64,000 nucleotides of DNA from the human T2T-CHM13v2.0 reference genome, Homo sapiens, in contig CP068257.2 of assembly GCA_009914755.4 (NCBI GenBank), positions 2,080,001 through 2,144,000 of the forward strand, read 5' to 3'. The translations under genes and the position numbers were made by a program. A model generated the notes under the pieces. That model had not been told where the DNA came from. It searched no databases and worked only from the letters and a program-made list of their open reading frames with translations. Positions 62,501-64,000 of the stretch are shown one piece after another. Numbering within the stretch: the stretch's first letter is position 1; each line of letters opens with the position of its first letter.

Positions 62501-64000
62501 TAATATAATTTCCTTACTATTTAGATAAAATCTTTGTTGTTGAAAATCTTAATCATTTTTAATGATCCTGTTTTCAGAGCCTGATATTAATGATTCGTGA
62601 AACTCATTAAATGCAGTTATGCATCTGATTTGAAAATCATGAGGGAGATTTTTGGTCAGATATGCATAGCAAATCTATGTCACTAGACATAAGTCCCTTC
62701 TACCCATGCCACAACCTTTATGTCTACTCTTGAATTGAGGTTTTGCTACGTTTTATTTTTGAGGTTTAAGAATTATTCATTTAACTGTCGGAAAATTGTG
62801 TTTCTCTTGTTAGAATAGAGCCCAATTTGTCCTTTCTATTTTTCATGGAGACATGAAAGGATGTGAATTTGCAATCAGAGAAACCTGAGTTCCACCATGC
62901 TTTCTTCCTCTTGCAAGCCATGAAATCCACAGTGGGTTAGTGGATATTACAAACCCCTGGTCCCACCTTATTAAGATGGAAAAAAATAAGACTAATTGAA
63001 AGAACAAATGTGGTAATGAGAAGAAATGGTATCAATAAAGTTCCTGGAACACAGTAAGTTCTAACAAATGCTAGTTCTTTTCTTTCATAATTCAAAATCT
63101 AAATAGAAGCCAGTTGGTAATTCCAAGATAATAGTATGAAGACAAAAAAAATGTTTGTTAACTGACCTTCAACCATTGAGACCTTATCTTATAGGAAGCA
63201 AAATTAACAAATATTTTCTCCCTTCTACAAATGTATACCCTCTGAGAAAGAGAGACAGTGTTCCAATCAAGACGATGACAGTATTCTGTGCACACATAGG
63301 AAAGGAAGAAGAATAAGAGAGAACATTTAAAAAGACAATTTTAGATAGGCATCCTATTTTTACCGGCAATAACATTTTTTAGAACTTACGGCATACAAAA
63401 TAGACCTTAAATGGACTCAGTGTTGAGAAAATTTTATAAGGCTGCTTTATTTTCTTCTATGGTAAATCTAGGAACCAATAAAATAGCTTTGATAATTCAC
63501 TCATTACATTCTTTCCTAACTAAACTATTTACATTATAAACTTTGTTGATATGCTGTGCTTTTGCATTAATAATTCTCATGTGTCTCATTTGTGAATACA
63601 TGAAAACTAGTTGTAAAATAAGGAAAATGTAATTTTGAAACATCTTCAAAAACAGTTGCATAATTTAACAAATGTTTATAAATTTTCGTCCTTACTCTAA
63701 AACCATAGATATCCTAAAATTGATTGAAGGTAAAATGATTTTTAAAGAACTGGATTTCTCACCATGAGTTATTTTATCTCCATACAAACTGTGGTAGTGT
63801 TATACAATGGTTAAGAAGAAATTACTTAAAAATGAGAATAAAGATACAGCTTATTAACACTTCATTTTGTGGATGAGACCTGAAAAATTAAACTTTTCTT
63901 CTAGAGACAAGTTGTAGTTGTGTATATAGAGTGTGAATAGATAGTGTCCATATTTTACTGTCATTATTTAAACAGAAACATGCAATTTGCACTTCAAAAA

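Overview
This window looks like the edge of a human (or great-ape) pericentromeric Human Satellite 3 (HSat3) array. HSat3 is a satellite built from the pentamer GGAAT/ATTCC. Positions 1-52,546 are HSat3 in a single orientation, with the GGAAT-rich strand on '+'. The array has three sub-domains. (i) 1-25,303 is Alu-free HSat3 with a local ~2.3-2.4 kb higher-order repeat (HOR). (ii) 25,304-~33,160 carries a ~65-75 bp remnant of an Alu 3' end plus its degenerate A-tail (variant T1), embedded at irregular 0.15-1 kb spacing. (iii) ~33,160-52,546 carries a second, more Alu-like remnant variant (T2) every ~0.2-0.7 kb. Domain (iii) is organised into ~0.36-0.45 kb subunits, ~2 kb sub-HORs and a ~4.6-4.8 kb HOR present about four times. 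In total about 65 remnant copies share the same truncation points, so a single ancient Alu piece was captured and co-amplified with the satellite. At 52,546/52,547 the array stops abruptly against a 343-bp LINE-1 ORF2 fragment on '+'. After that come ~11.4 kb of AT-rich non-satellite DNA containing a 155-bp local duplication, a 5'-truncated L1PA on '-' (1.8 kb, 12-bp target-site duplications) and an AluS on '-' (10-bp target-site duplications). No protein-coding gene, RNA gene or prokaryotic-type system is supported. The long ORFs in the supplied track are artefacts of a pentamer that has no stop codon in any frame.
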